A DNA stretch of 64,000 bases from NCBI GenBank assembly GCA_025449535.1, contig JANWJF010000001.1, forward strand, positions 613,136-677,135, in the 5' to 3' direction. Below, piece by piece: positions 62,931-64,000 of this stretch; positions within the stretch are counted from its first letter, which is position 1; each line of letters starts with the position of its first letter. The notes under the pieces are model-generated. The model made no database searches. It saw only the letters and a list, made by a program, of their open reading frames with translations, and was not told where the DNA came from. A program made the translations under genes and the position numbers. The DNA comes from Candidatus Saccharimonadia bacterium. GTDB lineage: Bacteria > Patescibacteriota > SICC01.

Positions 62931-64000
62931 ATGGCCAAGGAACCTGCCATCAATCTACCCCCCGCCGTCCGGCGGATCGCCGCCGACCTCGCCCAGGCCG
63001 GCTTCGAGGCGTATGCCGTCGGCGGCGGGGTGCGCGACCGGCTGCTCGGGCGCGAACCGAAGGACTGGGACGTCGCGACTCCGGCGAAACCGGAGGATAT
63101 CCAGAAGGCCTTCCCCCGGGCCGTATATGCGAACCGGTTCGGTACGGTCGGCGTGAAGTCCGGCCAGGAACTCATCGAGGTGACTACCTACCGGGCGGAG
63201 ACGGAGTACCGGGACGCCCGCCATCCGGAAAAAGTCGTCTTCGTGAAACGACTGGAGGACGACCTGGCCCGCCGGGACTTCACCGTCAACGCGATGGCGA
63301 CGGACGGGGAACGGTTCGAGGATCCGTTCGGCGGCCGGGCCGACCTCAAGGCCAAGCGCATCCGCGCGGTCGGCGACCCCGACGAGCGCTTCCAGGAAGA
63401 CGCGCTGCGTCTGATTCGGGCCGTCCGGTTCGCGGTGGAGCTGGACTTCGTGATCGAGGCGGATACCCTCGCCGCGGTCGCCAAGCATGCGGACCGGCTG
63501 AACCTGATCTCCGCCGAGCGTGTCCGGGACGAGTTCATGCGGATCATCGCCTCCGACCGTCCGGGCGAGGGGATCCGACTGCTGATCCAGACCGGCCTGC
63601 TCGAGCAGTTCCTACCCGAGTTACTGGAAGGCAAGGACTTCGCCCAGGCCAAGCACCACACCCACTCCGTCCTCGAGCACAACGTCCGGTCGCTGGACCA
63701 CGTACCCAGCCGGGACCCGCTTGTCCGGCTGGCCGCCTTGCTCCACGACGTGGGCAAGCCTCGTTCCGCGCGCGGCGAAGGCGAGCAACGGACCTTTCAT
63801 GGCCACGAGGTGATCGGGGCGAAGATGACGAAGGAGATCATGCGACGGTTCCGATTCTCGAATGACGACACCAAGCGGGTGGTGAACCTGGTGCGCCAGC
63901 ACATGTTCCTGTTCCAGTTCGAGTCCACCGACAAGGCGATCCGGCGGATCGTGAAGCGGGTGGGACCGGAGAACGTCGACGACCTGATCGCGCTCCGGGT
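62931..64000 (+). CDS. cca: CCA-adding tRNA nucleotidyltransferase / poly(A) polymerase family with HD domain (partial, continues beyond window)
   Basis: Manually translated frame from ATG 62931 (MAKEPAINLPPAVRRIAADLAQAGFEAYAVGGGVRDRLLGREPKDWDVAT… RDFTVNAMA … HHTHSVLEHN…LLHDVGKP): pol-beta head GG[VS]RD…D.D, then HD motif; ORF track lists only a spurious alternative frame (62786..63865). Confidence 0.85.
   Translation, partial: MAKEPAINLPPAVRRIAADLAQAGFEAYAVGGGVRDRLLGREPKDWDVATPAKPEDIQKAFPRAVYANRFGTVGVKSGQELIEVTTYRAETEYRDARHPEKVVFVKRLEDDLARRDFTVNAMATDGERFEDPFGGRADLKAKRIRAVGDPDERFQEDALRLIRAVRFAVELDFVIEADTLAAVAKHADRLNLISAERVRDEFMRIIASDRPGEGIRLLIQTGLLEQFLPELLEGKDFAQAKHHTHSVLEHNVRSLDHVPSRDPLVRLAALLHDVGKPRSARGEGEQRTFHGHEVIGAKMTKEIMRRFRFSNDDTKRVVNLVRQHMFLFQFESTDKAIRRIVKRVGPENVDDLIALR

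Noticed and set aside
62786-63865. 359-aa plus-strand ORF listed in the ORF track (Arg/Pro/Gly-rich)
   Set aside because: Manual translation of another plus frame from ATG 62931 gives a clear CCA-adding enzyme (pol-beta head plus HD domain) running off the window. The listed ORF is the out-of-frame shadow.
1-64000. Searched for CRISPR arrays, transposases/integrases, prophage genes and rRNA
   Set aside because: No regularly spaced direct repeats (none of at least 20 bp) and no transposase, integrase or recombinase-like ORFs were found. No 16S/23S/5S-like sequence was recognised. The only repeats are short intergenic palindromes and direct repeats, which are reported separately.

Overview
This is a high-G+C, gene-dense bacterial chromosomal window. 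About 70 genes are packed with short or overlapping junctions, and I found no transposase, integrase or CRISPR array. The content is core housekeeping and fermentative metabolism.

Main gene content:
- Translation and RNA modification: rplI, rpmA, metG, alaS, cca, rsmA, rsmI, mnmA, tsaC, obg, and a THUMP-type methyltransferase.
- Cell division and wall remodelling: ftsE, ftsX, a PcsB-like coiled-coil CHAP hydrolase, ftsA, ruvX, mltG, M23, CHAP, C39-like and S41 peptidases.
- Fermentative carbon metabolism: phosphoketolase and acetate kinase in one operon, and a pgi/pmi-eno-gpmI-gpmI cluster.
- Three tRNAs: Lys-CTT and Glu-TTC without encoded CCA, and Gln-CTG with CCA. A CCA-adding enzyme gene lies at the window end.
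- The aminoacyl-tRNA synthetases are minimal (MetRS 503 aa; AlaRS about 595 aa with no C-Ala domain). Together with the rsmI-metG-tatD...rsmA order and the FtsEX/PcsB arrangement, this suggests a streamlined Gram-positive-type or CPR-like lineage. I cannot assign taxonomy from sequence alone.

Observations most worth follow-up:
1. ftsA is followed not by ftsZ but by a 590-aa bitopic membrane protein with a novel cytoplasmic N-domain.
2. Three tandem paralogs (and a fourth dispersed one) of an MFS-like permease with His-rich N-termini are inserted into the conserved metG-tatD junction.
3. Tandem gpmI duplicates, where the upstream copy has lost the GGVHSH and DGRD substrate-binding motifs.
4. 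A dinB module: a small translationally coupled ORF-dinB operon, divergent from an ArsR-like regulator carrying a Lys-rich insertion, with a perfect AGTATAC-N4-GTATACT palindrome in the shared promoter.
5. Low-G+C single-gene islets immediately 3' of tRNA-Gln (TauE/SafE) and tRNA-Glu (ceramidase-like).
6. A low-G+C patch inside alaS.
7. A repeat- and palindrome-rich 215-nt region upstream of cca.
8. A translationally coupled pair of small acidic proteins of unknown function (7048..7785).
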